From: Hyphochytrium catenoides
Taxonomy: Eukaryota; Protista; Hyphochytriomycota
Assembly: GCA_900088475.1 (NCBI GenBank)
Contig: FLMG01004535.1
Location: forward strand, 62,001-126,000
Length of the DNA: 64,000 nt
Reading direction: 5' to 3'
The translations under genes and the position numbers were made by a program. How positions within the stretch are numbered: the stretch's first letter is position 1; every line of letters starts with the position of its first letter. Below, piece after piece: positions 50,005 to 61,040 of this stretch. Below the pieces are notes generated by a model. It was not told the DNA's origin. It searched no databases and saw nothing but the letters and a program-made list of their open reading frames with translations.

Positions 50005-51405
50005 ATGTCCGCTACCATCATGAGCAGCTACCCTGAGGGCAGCAACGGCCACCAGCACGTCTCTTCCCTGTCATCACAGCCGCAGATGCAGGGCTATCAG
50101 TACCCTTCTTCTTCTCATACCTACAGCCAGCACTCTCAAGGCGGTAGTCACCACTTCCACCACCTCCCGTCTGCTTCTTCCTCTTTCTCGTCCTCCTCCC
50201 ACTCCCATCCCCACATGCAGAGAGGAGGTTATTACACCGAGCAATCAGAAGACTGGGCGCTTGTTGACTTTCTCCTCGCGGCGCCTGTAGAAGACAGGAC
50301 CAACGGCGGTGGTTCTCCCAATGGAGACTCTACGGGCTCCCCACATGGCTACACGTCTCACCTTGGGAACTATGAGGATGAGAAGCAGGTCCAGCATGAG
50401 ACTCAAGTCGTGACCTTGGCGCCTTTTGACATTGACTTTTCTAGCCTTCGCCCTTTCTTAAACCCTAAGCACCTGGACTATCCTTCCTCTCATGGCGGCG
50501 CTGTCTCTGGAGGAATGTATGAACATATTAACCAACAGAATGGCTACTCTTCCTCTTTGTCAGCTCATCCTGTTGCCCAGCATAGCTATGGTCCTTCTTC
50601 GCAGCCTCACACGCACAACCCGCAGGCGCATCCTCCCTCTCTCATCAGCTACCATACGAATGTCTCTACACCCGCCGGCATCTCTCCCCAGGACTCGGTG
50701 GCGGCTGCCTACGTTGCCAAGATGTCCCCTATGGTTTCGGCCCTTGAGGGAGTAGTGAACATGGTTCGCATTGGCCAGCACAAAGAGAAGGTTTGCTCAG
50801 TCCAAAACTGCGGCAAGCTTGCTCGTTCGCGAGGTCTCTGCATGAGACATGGTGGCGGAAGGCGGTGTGAGGTTGAAGGCTGCCAGAAAGGCTCTCAGAG
50901 TGGAGGCCGATGCATAGCTCATGGTGGCGGCAAGCGATGCCGCACTGCTGGTTGCCTCAACGCCCAGCAGTCTGACGGTCTCTGCATAGCCCATGGCGGA
51001 GGCAAGCGCTGCGTGGTCCCTGGCTGCACCAAGAGTAGTCAGAGGAGAGGGTTCTGCCATGTCCACGGCGGCGGACAAAGCTGCACGGTGGCTAACTGCT
51101 CCAAAGGTGCTCAGCGCAACGGTCTCTGCGTGGAACACGGCGGAAGGCGCTATTGCAAATTTGAGAAGTGCCAGAAGACGGCACGAGGCGGGGGTTTCTG
51201 CATCGCCCACGGCGGAGACACGCGATGCAAGGCTCCAGAGTGCAACAAAATCGCCAAAGAAGACGGTCTCTGCACTCTTCACCTTTTCTCTCCCAGCAAT
51301 GACTCGAAGAGGGCGGCAGGGGCTAAGGCTTCTTCTACTGCCAAGACGTCCAGCAGCGTGTCCACGCCGGAGAAGAAGGAGAGCCACCCATCTTCCAAAT
51401 GCTAG
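50005..51405 (+). CDS. WRKY19-like Cys/His zinc-finger-repeat protein (7 x C-x4-C-x9-C-x2-H[GGG]), intronless
   Basis: First ATG at 50005. Ser/His/Gln-rich N-half, then 24-aa repeats such as CEVEGCQKGSQSGGRCIAHGGGKR. No WRKYGQK motif, so not a true WRKY factor. Confidence 0.9.
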   Translation: MSATIMSSYPEGSNGHQHVSSLSSQPQMQGYQYPSSSHTYSQHSQGGSHHFHHLPSASSSFSSSSHSHPHMQRGGYYTEQSEDWALVDFLLAAPVEDRTNGGGSPNGDSTGSPHGYTSHLGNYEDEKQVQHETQVVTLAPFDIDFSSLRPFLNPKHLDYPSSHGGAVSGGMYEHINQQNGYSSSLSAHPVAQHSYGPSSQPHTHNPQAHPPSLISYHTNVSTPAGISPQDSVAAAYVAKMSPMVSALEGVVNMVRIGQHKEKVCSVQNCGKLARSRGLCMRHGGGRRCEVEGCQKGSQSGGRCIAHGGGKRCRTAGCLNAQQSDGLCIAHGGGKRCVVPGCTKSSQRRGFCHVHGGGQSCTVANCSKGAQRNGLCVEHGGRRYCKFEKCQKTARGGGFCIAHGGDTRCKAPECNKIAKEDGLCTLHLFSPSNDSKRAAGAKASSTAKTSSSVSTPEKKESHPSSKC

Positions 51406-53389
51406 CTGTCCACCGTCCCATCCTTTTTAAGTTATTCTCCCTCCTTTCCCATCCTCATCCTCCTTTCATGAATCTATCGCGCCCCTGTACTTACTTTTAT
51501 ATCGAAGAGTCGGCACTGTCTCTCTCTCTCTCTCCTGTTGACATGATGAGGGAAGTAAGGGCGAACTTAGAGTGAGAAAGAGAGAGAAGAGAATTAAGAA
51601 TGCGGACAAGTACTAGCCGCTTCTTCTCCTCCTTTCCCTTCTTCTCTCCTCTCCTGCATGCCACATCTCACTTTTATGGTCGTTTTTCCCCTGTCTGCGC
51701 AAGGTTATGTCATTTCTATTATTAAGTTATAAAGGCAACACCTTCAATGCTCAGTAGCAACGTCATTTCGCTGGTTTAGCGCCTTCGCTTGTTTTTTAGA
51801 GCTTGTAGCCTTCATTTCTCTATATACGGCGCTCTGAGAGATGGCCCTCTGCTGCTGAAGGGCTGGTTCAACATCGGTGAGGGTATATTAAGGCGGCTAA
51901 AGTATGCTATTCATGCTCAAAACGACGGCAAGCGGGGCTGAAGAAGACGAAGCCCGACTTTGAGAGCGGTCAACTCCTCCTCGGTAGGGATAGTGCATGA
52001 GTAAGGTGACCCCTACCGCGGCAACGTGTGGGTAAGAGAACAGACGGCAGCGGACAAAGATACAACGAGAAAAGGAAACAGCAGAAGAGTTCCTGCGTCC
52101 AAAGGCATCCCTCTTTCTCCCACACCAAGCATTGAATCCCCTCTGTCCCACATGCAGCTTTCAGAGCCAGACACACCGATCCTTCCACGCAGCACCAACA
52201 GCACGTGACACGATCTATTCTTTATGGCACTCGTCCTCGGCTCGCGAGAACTTTTCATTACATCTACCGTCACCCATCATTCAGGTTGTATCAATGTCCT
52301 TCTTCTCATCAGATGCGAACGGCTACGTTGTCTTCCTTCCTCGTATAAGAGGTAGCAAAGTGGAAACCAGCTCGCTGCTTCACTTTTCTACAGAGACATG
52401 ACCGGTGAGGAAGAGGACGATCGAAATGGTCTGCCAATGGATCTTCAGATCCAGACGAAGATTATTGGATTCTCAGAGCTGCATCAGAAGATGGCCAGTG
52501 ACGAAGATTGTTGAGAGGATCTGAGAATAGGAGCTTCAGGACCGAAATTATCTATAGAGTTCTAGGGGTTTGGCAGTCGATAAAGTAGGGTACTGATATA
52601 AAGGATGTTTGGTTTTTCCCTGTATACTAAGCTCTCTATCCTCGGGCGTACCACTAATATCGGCATGATGCGGTAGCGAGGCTGTTCCACTGTCGAGAGG
52701 GTCTGCCTGTCTCATCACACCGTTTATCTTCTGAAAGGGTGGTTCTATTCGAGAACAACAGGAAGCAAGTGGCAATGGTAATAAAGCGAGACCGGTAATA
52801 GAGCACGAGCGACGAGACAGAGCGTTGAAAGGCCACCGCAAACGCATGTTAACAATCTCTAAGAGATATAACCCATGACTGAGGACACAAGAAATGCTAC
52901 ATTTTCATTTGCATCCATTTGACTAACCCCATGATGTACACATTAGGGATTCAGGATTTTCGATTCGGAATAACTAGTAGTGGTCGGCATAACCCAAAGG
53001 GACGGAAAAGTCCGGTCTATGGTCATATCCTATGTCGTACCTTACAACAAGGAGGCCTAGGGCGGCGAAGGATAAGTTATAGACTGAACTCGTTGGACTC
53101 TGATCGGAATAGGATCAAGGTCGATTGTGGGCAGTGAACTAACACACTACACAACTACACCGAACCCTACCCAACTCTCCTCGCATCCCAAAATGCGACA
53201 AAACAAAGGCTAACTATAGACTCTTGTCTTTGGCTCTGACATCTTATAAGCTATCGGTACAATAAAAGTACCTATAGGACAAGGACAATAAAATCTTGCG
53301 ACTATATCAAGCCACCTTTGCCTTACCCTGTCCTGCTCTGCCCTGCCCTTGGTGGGTCTGGCTTCTTTCCACGAAAAGAGGGTCACCCT

Positions 53390-53650
53390 GTTCTCCTCTC
53401 TTTCTCCCTCTCTCTTTCTTTCTCTCTCTCTCTCTTTCTCTCCCTTTCTCCCTCTCTCTATCTCTCTCCTTCTCTCTCTTTCTCCCTTTCTTCCCTCCCT
53501 CTCTCTCTCTCTCCCTTTCTCTCTCCTCTCCCTCTCCTTTTCTCGCCCACTCTCTCTCTCTGTCCCGAGAGAAGACCACATCATCAAGCCCTTTCTCTCT
53601 CTCTCTCTCTCTCTCTTATCTCTCTTCACCGGCTCTCTCTCTCTCTCTCT
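53390..53650. repeat. (CT)n-rich low-complexity tract upstream of the lectin gene
   Basis: Visible tract. Confidence 0.85.
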
Positions 53651-54070
53651 TGTACCAACCTCCCTCTCGTTCATCACACGCTAGAGAAACCTTGTCGCTC
53701 ACCTTTCCTGCCCGTGCAGTGAGAATATTGTTAGTGGCACTTTTAACCCGGCAACACCAGGCAAGCGCGCCGTACCTCGCGGCATTCTCAAGCCGTGCCT
53801 ATAGACGGCTCTAAGTTGCGCCGCAGAAGCTCTCAGACGAAGCTTCAGATACTGACAACTCACGTCTCCAATCCTCCTGCAAAAGCAGCTAGCTAGCTGT
53901 CCACATATTCCGACCCTGTTCGTTAGAGGTCAACGTCTTTTTCTCTCTCTCTCTCCTTTGGCTTCTCCGATAGGTGTCATGGCGATTGGCGCGGCATGAT
54001 CTCTAGCTCGTAGTAACAAGCTGCAGACCAGGAGGCTTCCAGTAGAGCCTCTTGATTGGCAGTAGACAGC

Positions 54071-56350
54071 ATGGCGACGTTAGAAAGAAGACCAGCCATG
54101 AAGCTGCTGCTGTTAGCTTTGCTCTACTTAGCGGCAGGGGAACGCTTCAGTCCCATTGCAGCGCAAAAGAAAGGCAAGGTGACACAGGCGCCCACCACGC
54201 AAGTGCCGATCTCCGCTACTAACCCAGAAGGAACCTTTAATGAAGTTCCTAGAGCAGATGCTGGGAAGGAAGAAGAGCTAGCGAACTCCCCCGTCCAAAA
54301 CTCAACAATTCTTTGTGAGAAGCTCTCTGCTCCGGGAGTCTTCTCCATCTTCCAACCTAGCTCAGAGGCTTTCCGATGCCCCGGGCAGCAGGTCATTACA
54401 CAGATTCAGACTGCTAACTTTGGAGTCAGCAGCTCTCGGTGCAGCGACTCATCGCTGACGTTTGATATCCTCTGTGACTCTCCATCCGCACCTTCCATTG
54501 TCAGTGAGAAATGCCTCGGCCAGAGTGGCTGCACCCTGACAGCGTCCACCAGCACCTTCGGAGAGCCATGCACGCCGAGCTTTGGCAGTTCTCTGTCTCT
54601 TCTCGTGCGGATGAAGTGTGACACGCCCAGCAGCTGTGAGACGCCCGTTGCACAGCGCCAGTCTCTGAGTGTCTCCTGCCCTCCGAGTCATCAAATCAGC
54701 AAAATAGCTGCCGCCGTGACTCTTCCTCCCGCACCTTCATCGTGTGCGCCAGATAGCCCAGACTGCAACCCCACAGCAGCACTCGCGGCTGCGGAGAGTG
54801 AGTGCTTAGGACAGACGACCTGCTCTCTTCCACGATTGTTGTCCATCCCAGCGAAATGTGTTAACAGCGGTCAGTCAGGACTGGCGGTGCAGGTGACATG
54901 CTCCAAGCTGGCAATCAATCAGCTAGTGAAAGAAGGTTCCTCTCTCTCTCTCTCTCGTGATAGCGGGCAAGTCATTGATAATGTTCTCTTCGCAAGCTAT
55001 GGCACGCCAGGCTTGACTGACGGGCAGTGGACTCCGGGCCGCTGCAGTCTTCCTACCTCAAAGTCCACCATTGAGAGCGCTTGTCGTGGCAAGCAGTCGT
55101 GTCAGCTAGAAGTAGGCAATCAGGCGTTCGGGGAGGATCCTTGCAGCGGGTCAAAGAAATCGCTAGGGCTTCAAGTCAAGTGCAACTCTCCTTATGCTTA
55201 TTGTATGAGCAAAGTCAAGGGCATCACCAGCCCTGCAGCCAACCAGAAGCTCTGTACCTGTGCCGCCAAGTCCATGCAGGGTCCACCGTCTTCTAGCCTG
55301 GCGACAACCTATACTGCGTGCACCAACGAGGGCTTCCAGCAGGTCTGCAATGAGAACCCGGCAGCGCAGGGTTACACGCAAGGTTCCAACGTAGGGAACT
55401 TTTGCTCTTGTCTAGGGAAGAGAATGTCCGAGTTCACGGCTACTCTGTCGTCCAACAGCACCAGCACTCCGAATAGCAGCGCCTGGAAGGCTGATTGCCT
55501 TCGTCTGGCTGCGGATGGAGCTAGCAAGAACCAGAACAGTAGCAGTGGCGGAGGAGACAAAGGAGAAACGACGCAGAAGGATGCACAGGGCTCTGGCGAT
55601 TCTGGAGGAGGAGGGATGTCTGGTGTCAGCATCGCTATGATTGTTATCGGTGCCCTGGTGGCTGTTGGTTTGGTTGCCTTCTTTGTCTTCCGCTTCGTCA
55701 GGCGTCGGCAAGAGGATGGAGACGATGACGAAGCTTCAGTGTATGGCGCCAGAGCCTGGGGTGGGCCCACGACGGTCAAGGAAGACCCACAAGCAGGCTT
55801 CACCGTCCAACAGACACCGCCGTCAGGAATCGTACCCCGCTCCGCCTTCCCTGGCACGTCTGTGCCTGAGAATGAGCCTGTGCTAGGATCCTATGTCCCT
55901 CCCATCTCAGTCGATCGCGACACGGATGTACAGGCTGCAGTTGTGGCTGCAGCAGCAGGGGTAACTGGGACTGCTATCTCCCATAACGCAGCGTCAGCGG
56001 GTCCAGCAGGAGCAGCAGCGGGCCCAGGACAGGCTAATGGACCGTCATTGGTGCACCAGAGAGAATCCGTCGGCGCTGGACAACCTGCATCAGCGTCGAG
56101 TCCTGCCGCCTTTGTCGCTCAGCCACCAGTGCCGTACGGCCAGGGGTCCGTCTCCTATGGTCAGTTCAGTGAGAGCAATGCGTCTGTGGGGCGAGGAAGC
56201 GCCAGCTTGACACAGAGTGAAGTTACCTTTGACGGAGATATGTCAACCTTCAGAGGAGATTCCTCGACCTTCAGAGGAGATTCGTCAATGTTTAGATCGG
56301 AAGGGGTCAGAGAGTCAGGCAGAGACTCCTCCGACTCAATAGAGCTTTAG
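54071..56350 (+). CDS. type I membrane protein with three SUEL/rhamnose-galactose-binding lectin-like domains, a Cys-rich stalk, TM and long tail; intronless
   Basis: Signal peptide MKLLLLALLYLAAG (alternative ATG 54098). Lectin motifs CPGQQVITQIQTANFG..CLGQSGC..FGEPC, CPPSHQI..CLGQTTCSL and VIDNVLFASYG..CRGKQSC..FGEDPCSGSKKSL. TM IAMIVIGALVAVGLVAFFVF followed by RFVRRR. Confidence 0.88.
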   Translation: MATLERRPAMKLLLLALLYLAAGERFSPIAAQKKGKVTQAPTTQVPISATNPEGTFNEVPRADAGKEEELANSPVQNSTILCEKLSAPGVFSIFQPSSEAFRCPGQQVITQIQTANFGVSSSRCSDSSLTFDILCDSPSAPSIVSEKCLGQSGCTLTASTSTFGEPCTPSFGSSLSLLVRMKCDTPSSCETPVAQRQSLSVSCPPSHQISKIAAAVTLPPAPSSCAPDSPDCNPTAALAAAESECLGQTTCSLPRLLSIPAKCVNSGQSGLAVQVTCSKLAINQLVKEGSSLSLSRDSGQVIDNVLFASYGTPGLTDGQWTPGRCSLPTSKSTIESACRGKQSCQLEVGNQAFGEDPCSGSKKSLGLQVKCNSPYAYCMSKVKGITSPAANQKLCTCAAKSMQGPPSSSLATTYTACTNEGFQQVCNENPAAQGYTQGSNVGNFCSCLGKRMSEFTATLSSNSTSTPNSSAWKADCLRLAADGASKNQNSSSGGGDKGETTQKDAQGSGDSGGGGMSGVSIAMIVIGALVAVGLVAFFVFRFVRRRQEDGDDDEASVYGARAWGGPTTVKEDPQAGFTVQQTPPSGIVPRSAFPGTSVPENEPVLGSYVPPISVDRDTDVQAAVVAAAAGVTGTAISHNAASAGPAGAAAGPGQANGPSLVHQRESVGAGQPASASSPAAFVAQPPVPYGQGSVSYGQFSESNASVGRGSASLTQSEVTFDGDMSTFRGDSSTFRGDSSMFRSEGVRESGRDSSDSIEL
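56225..56300 (+). repeat. 21-bp coding tandem repeat (TFDGDMS-TFRGDSS-TFRGDSS-MFRS)
   Basis: acctttgacggagatatgtca / accttcagaggagattcctcg / accttcagaggagattcgtca read directly from the sequence. Confidence 0.85.
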
Positions 56351-57147
56351 CCAGTCTTGCGCTCTCTCTCTCTCTCTCTCTCTGTCTCTCTTTCTGTCCC
56401 TTCTTTCTCTCTCTTTCTGTCCCTTCTTTCTCTGTTTGTCACTCCCATCTCCTCTGCTCTGTCACTGACAGGAGGAAAGTCAGTGGGCTGAGGTTCTCTC
56501 TCAGCTGCACTATGAGATCTCTCTATCTATGGCTGTGTACATAGTAACAAAGGCTTCAATCAGATGACTGTCTATTATTCCTTCTGAAGACAACTCTCTC
56601 TCTCTCGCTTCGTCGCCGGACTTTCTCTTTTTGCTTCTCCCTTCTTGCTCCTCTCTCTTGATGCTCTTCCCTCCTGCTGCGCTCTCTCTCTGTTTCTTCT
56701 CCTCAGTGGTTGCTTAGCTTATTTTGTTGCTTATTGGCTCTTCACCACCAGATATTGAGGCTCAAAGTAAAGGGACAGCATGATGTCGTTCATGGTTCTG
56801 GCTCGCTCCCTGCATCTCCTCCTTTCCTTGTTTCTCTCTCTCCCTCTGTCTCTCTCCTCTCTGTCTCTCTCTCTCCTCTCTGTCTCTCTCTCTTCTCTCT
56901 CTCTCTCTGTGTCTGTCTGTCATCTTGCTGTTGGTCTCTTCAGTTTTCTCTCCCTTGTCAGTGCCTTCGCCCCTTTGAACACTTGGCAAACACCGGTTCG
57001 ATTGCTCCTAGGAACCTGCTAACGCCTAGTTGCTCAGGTTCTTGAGTCATTGCGTGCAAGTCAACAAACTCTTCTCTCTCTTCTCTCTCTCTCTCTCTCT
57101 CCCTCTCTCCCTCCTTCTCTTGTCTCTCTCTTTCTCTGTCTCTCTCT

Positions 57148-57182
<35 letters not shown>

Positions 57183-57431
57183 CTCTCTCCTTTCTTACCT
57201 TTCATGCGAACTGCTCTCCTTTCTTGCTTGGGTCCTTTGGTAGGCAGCTCTTCTTTCTCTCATGTGCTCTCTCCCCTTTATCTGCACCGCACGGTGAAGG
57301 AAAAAGGAGAGAGACATCCGAGAAATCCCCATAGATTGGTGATGGAGAAATACAGAGAGAGAGAGAGAGAGAGAAGAGGCGAAGAAAGACGCTAAGAGAA
57401 ACTGGCTAAGGACGGGCGCGGGAGAGAGACC

Positions 57432-57639
57432 ATGAGGCCGCAGGGTCTGAATACCACGGGCACGAGACTCTTTCTCCAGAGCATCTTCCGACAGCCACGC
57501 CTCCTACTGCCGCACCTGGAGGTGAGAGGTGAGAGATATCCGAGAGAGAGGGAGGAGAAGAGAGAGAAGAGAGAAAAGGGAGAGAGAGAGAGGGAAAAAA
57601 GAGAGGAAAGAGAGAGAGAGAGAGAGNNNNNNNNNNNNN

Positions 57640-57670
<31 letters not shown>

Positions 57671-58102
57671 CAAGACGTTGAGGCAATGGACCGGAGGAAG
57701 AGAGTCCGCGAGAAGTTGAGAGACATGTGTAGCTGTATAGGAGAGGGAGAGAGATTGAATAGGTGAGAAAGAGAGAAGAAGAAAAACACACATATATATA
57801 GAGAGAGAGAGAGAAAGAAAAAGAGAATGGAGGGAAGGACGGAAGAGCCATCTCGAAGTTAGAGAGAGAGAGAGAGAGAGACGGAGAGACAAGTGGAAGG
57901 CGAAGAGGAGTAGGAGAGAGAGAGAGAGAGAATATCTTTCCTCTCCTGACCTTCCCCCGCCGCCTCCTCCCTGTGCCCTTCAGACATTAGGGAGATCGAC
58001 TTCCAGGCGCTGCGGGCCCGAGGATTCCTTGGCTGTGTCTTTGACAAGGACAACACCATCGCCGCGCCACATGGACATAACATATGGCCAGGATTGCAGG
58101 TC

Positions 58103-58140
<38 letters not shown>

Positions 58141-58703
58141 TTTTCTCTCTCTCTCTTCTCTCTCTCTTTTTATCTTTCTTTCTTTCTTTCTTCTAGTTGT
58201 TATTCATTCTTCGGCTTGGGGCCTCTCTATTCTTCCTTCTGCGACCTCCATCCCTCTGTTCCCCTTTCACAACGCAAGGTCATTCTCTCTCTCTTTCTCT
58301 CTCTCCTTTCTCTCTCTGCGTCTCTCTCTCTTTTCTTGGCTTTCTTTCCTTCATTTGTTCCTTGCCAAGGCTCACATGGCGATCTGCCTGTCTTGCGTTC
58401 AGTCGTCTTTGGAAGAATGTATTCGGATCTTTGGGAAGCAGCAGACGCTTATCTTCTCCAATACCGCGGGTACAAACTACGCTTTCCCCTTCCTTCTTTT
58501 ACTTTTCTCTGTCGTCTCTCTCTCTCTCTCTCTTGCTTTCCTTTTGCCTCTCGCCCTTCGCTTTCAATCTCCTCTACTTTTCCTTGCCTTTCTCTGTACA
58601 AAGGGCTGCCCACTTTCTCCTTTTTTTTGCATTTCTCTGTTTCTGACTTCTTACCATCTGACCTTCCACATTCTTCTTGATAAATACGCCACTCGAAGTT
58701 TGG

Positions 58704-58765
<62 letters not shown>

Positions 58766-59857
58766 AATCTCTCTCTCCCTCTGATTCTCTGATCTTTCTA
58801 TAGGGTCGGACGATGATCCTGACTACAAGCAAGCGGCGCAGATTGAAGAGAACTTCGGGCTCCCGGTCCTGCGGCATAAGGAGAAGGTAAGTTGGCCACT
58901 AAAAAAGAGGAAAAAGAGGGCCCGGAAGAGGAGAGAAGAAGATGAGAAACAGACAGAGTAGAGAGAGAGAGAGAAGAGGAAGAAAGGGAGAAAAGTAAAC
59001 GAGAGAGAGAGAAGAGAGAAAGAGGATTAGCGCCGTCTTATCCTCCTGTCCAGTTGCTGTCTTCCCCTATTCTCCCGTTTTCGAGACGCTAATTCATTGC
59101 CTACCGCTGCCGTTCTCTCTCTCTCTCTCTCTCCTTCTTTCTCTCTCGTTCCCTTCCCCATTTGTCTTTTTCCTCCTCTCTCTCTCGTGGCTCACAGAAA
59201 CCCGGTGGCAGAGATGATCTGGCTTTGTGGTTTAAGGGACAGGAGCTGGAGCGCTTTATTATGGTGGGAGACAGATTAGCGACTGATGTTCTCTTTGGCA
59301 ATATCTGCGGTAAGCTCTCTCTCTCCCCATCCAGCCAAAAGACGAAGACCAAAATAGCTAGAAAGAGACAGGAAAGAGAGCAAGAGAGAGTGGGAGAGTA
59401 GATAGAAGAGAGAGAGAGAGGTATAGTTAAAGCAGCAGGAGAGAGAGAGAGAGAAAGAAGCTGATGGGTCCAGATGGATAAGCATTCGAAAGAGAGTGGC
59501 AGCGCTAACGCTCCTTCTGGGTCTGGCCGGGTGCCGCGCGCAGGTATGCTGACAATCAAGACTCAACCGTTGACGCCAAACGAGGGAGTTCTCATACGAA
59601 GCGTAAGGATGTTGCCTCTTTCTTTCTCTCTCTCTCTCTCCTCTCGGCACGGCTCTCTCTTTGTGCTAGGTAATGGAGCCAGCCAGCTGCTAATCAACTT
59701 GTTCTCTCTTTATTATTGCTATGGCATTGCAAAACCTGTGCAGGTGAGGCGAATAGAGGAAGCCGGAGTGGCAGCTGTGAGAGCAATGGGAGAGAAAGCT
59801 CCAGTGCACCGCCTCCTGGACCCGGCGCAGGCTCTAGAGGAGAAGAAGGGAGGCTAA
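57432..59857 (+). CDS. GEP4: phosphatidylglycerophosphate phosphatase (HAD IIIA, GEP4/YqeG family), 7 exons
   Basis: Joined protein MRPQGLNTTG..PRLLLPHLEVR|DIREIDFQALRARGFLGCVFDKDNTIAAP..|IFSNTAG|SDDDPDYKQA..LPVLRHKEK|KPGG..MVGDRLATDVLFGNICG|MLTIKTQPL..|VRRIE. HAD motifs DxD, SN, KP and GDR..TD are all present. Confidence 0.93.
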
Positions 59858-60702
59858 CATGCCCAACGGACGAGTTTGAAGAGACCTTTCTCTCTGCATG
59901 GCAGGAGAGGAAACGGCGGGCGCTCCATCCTGAGAGAGCCGTGCCCCAGTCTGGCCTTCAAGGGCCCGTGAGCTCTGGACAGCAAGGCTCAAGAATTTTC
60001 CTTGATCTATTTATCTTGGGCAGCGCCGGGGCTACTGGCGGTACGAACTTAGACATCTCCCGTCTCTAGCTATGGGAAGAAGGAGTTGACCCTTCGCCGC
60101 GGACGCCTGCTTGGGTCTCTCTCTCCAGGAAGTACTGACTCTCAAATGCTGGCCAAACAGTGCTCTAGCGCCGCAAAGGACTATGACAATATTTATCCCT
60201 GAATGACAGATGGACGTTTATAGCCTGGCTTGCTTCTCCTCTCTCCTCTCGTTTACCATCTCCACACTTTCAATGTCTCAGATGGAAAGCGTCTCTTCTC
60301 AGCTCAGGCTCACTCTGATCTGTGAGAGCTGAAAGGGAGGATCTGCGACGATTATTTAAGGCTCCAGCCGTCCTTAACCGCCTTAGGGAGACGCTCTTCG
60401 GGCTTCAGACACTCAGAGTCAGTCAGCGATAATAAGATCTTAGCTTGCCAGTGAAGGAACTGCCTAGGTCTGGCCCCGGTCTCTGGCGAGTGTGCTGCGC
60501 GCCTGCTGATGAGTAGTGGGGCGGGGACGTTGGCGTTGCTCCCTCCTCGTCTCTCCTTACGATCAGGTCATCGTTGAATGCTTCCTGGAAGCGCCTTCTA
60601 GGGCCCTCTCTTTCTCTCGTTCCCTCCCCTGCCCTCGTCTCTTTCTCCCTCTCCGTTTGTCTCTCTCTCTCTCTCTCTCTCTCTCNNNNNNNNNNNNNNN
60701 NN

Positions 60703-60737
<35 letters not shown>

Positions 60738-60932
60738 TGCTGATGTCCCTTCCTCTAGAATCCGATGATCCTCTTCTGTCCTAGTGGCCATAGTAGTATG
60801 AATGGCCCATATAGCAGAAACCGATAAGGTAAGGTCAGTAGTAATACATAAATCTCCAAGTAATAAGGCCGTTAGCAGCTCAAGATTGGCGTTTTTCCAT
60901 CTTTCTTCTGTCGCTTCGCGCGGAGGGCAACA

Positions 60933-60934
<2 letters not shown>

Positions 60935-60993
<59 letters not shown>

Positions 60994-61040
60994 ACACACA
61001 TAGAGAGGGAGAGAGTAAGAGAGAGAGAGAGAGAGAGCAA
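60935..61040. repeat. (GA)n microsatellite upstream of the 4-TM gene
   Basis: Visible tract, preceded by a (CT)n tract at about 60640-60740. Confidence 0.9.

Noticed and set aside
50793-51285. 72-bp periodic repeats superficially like a spacer-repeat array
   Set aside because: Protein-level zinc-finger repeats with synonymous divergence. Not CRISPR, and no cas genes are present.
50797-51430. Antisense and alternative-frame ORFs over the zinc-finger repeats (similarly 55372-55857 over the lectin gene)
   Set aside because: Shadow ORFs caused by codon bias of the real CDS.
56985-57010. ggttcgatt T-loop-like motif
   Set aside because: No surrounding cloverleaf stems or A-box, so not a tRNA.
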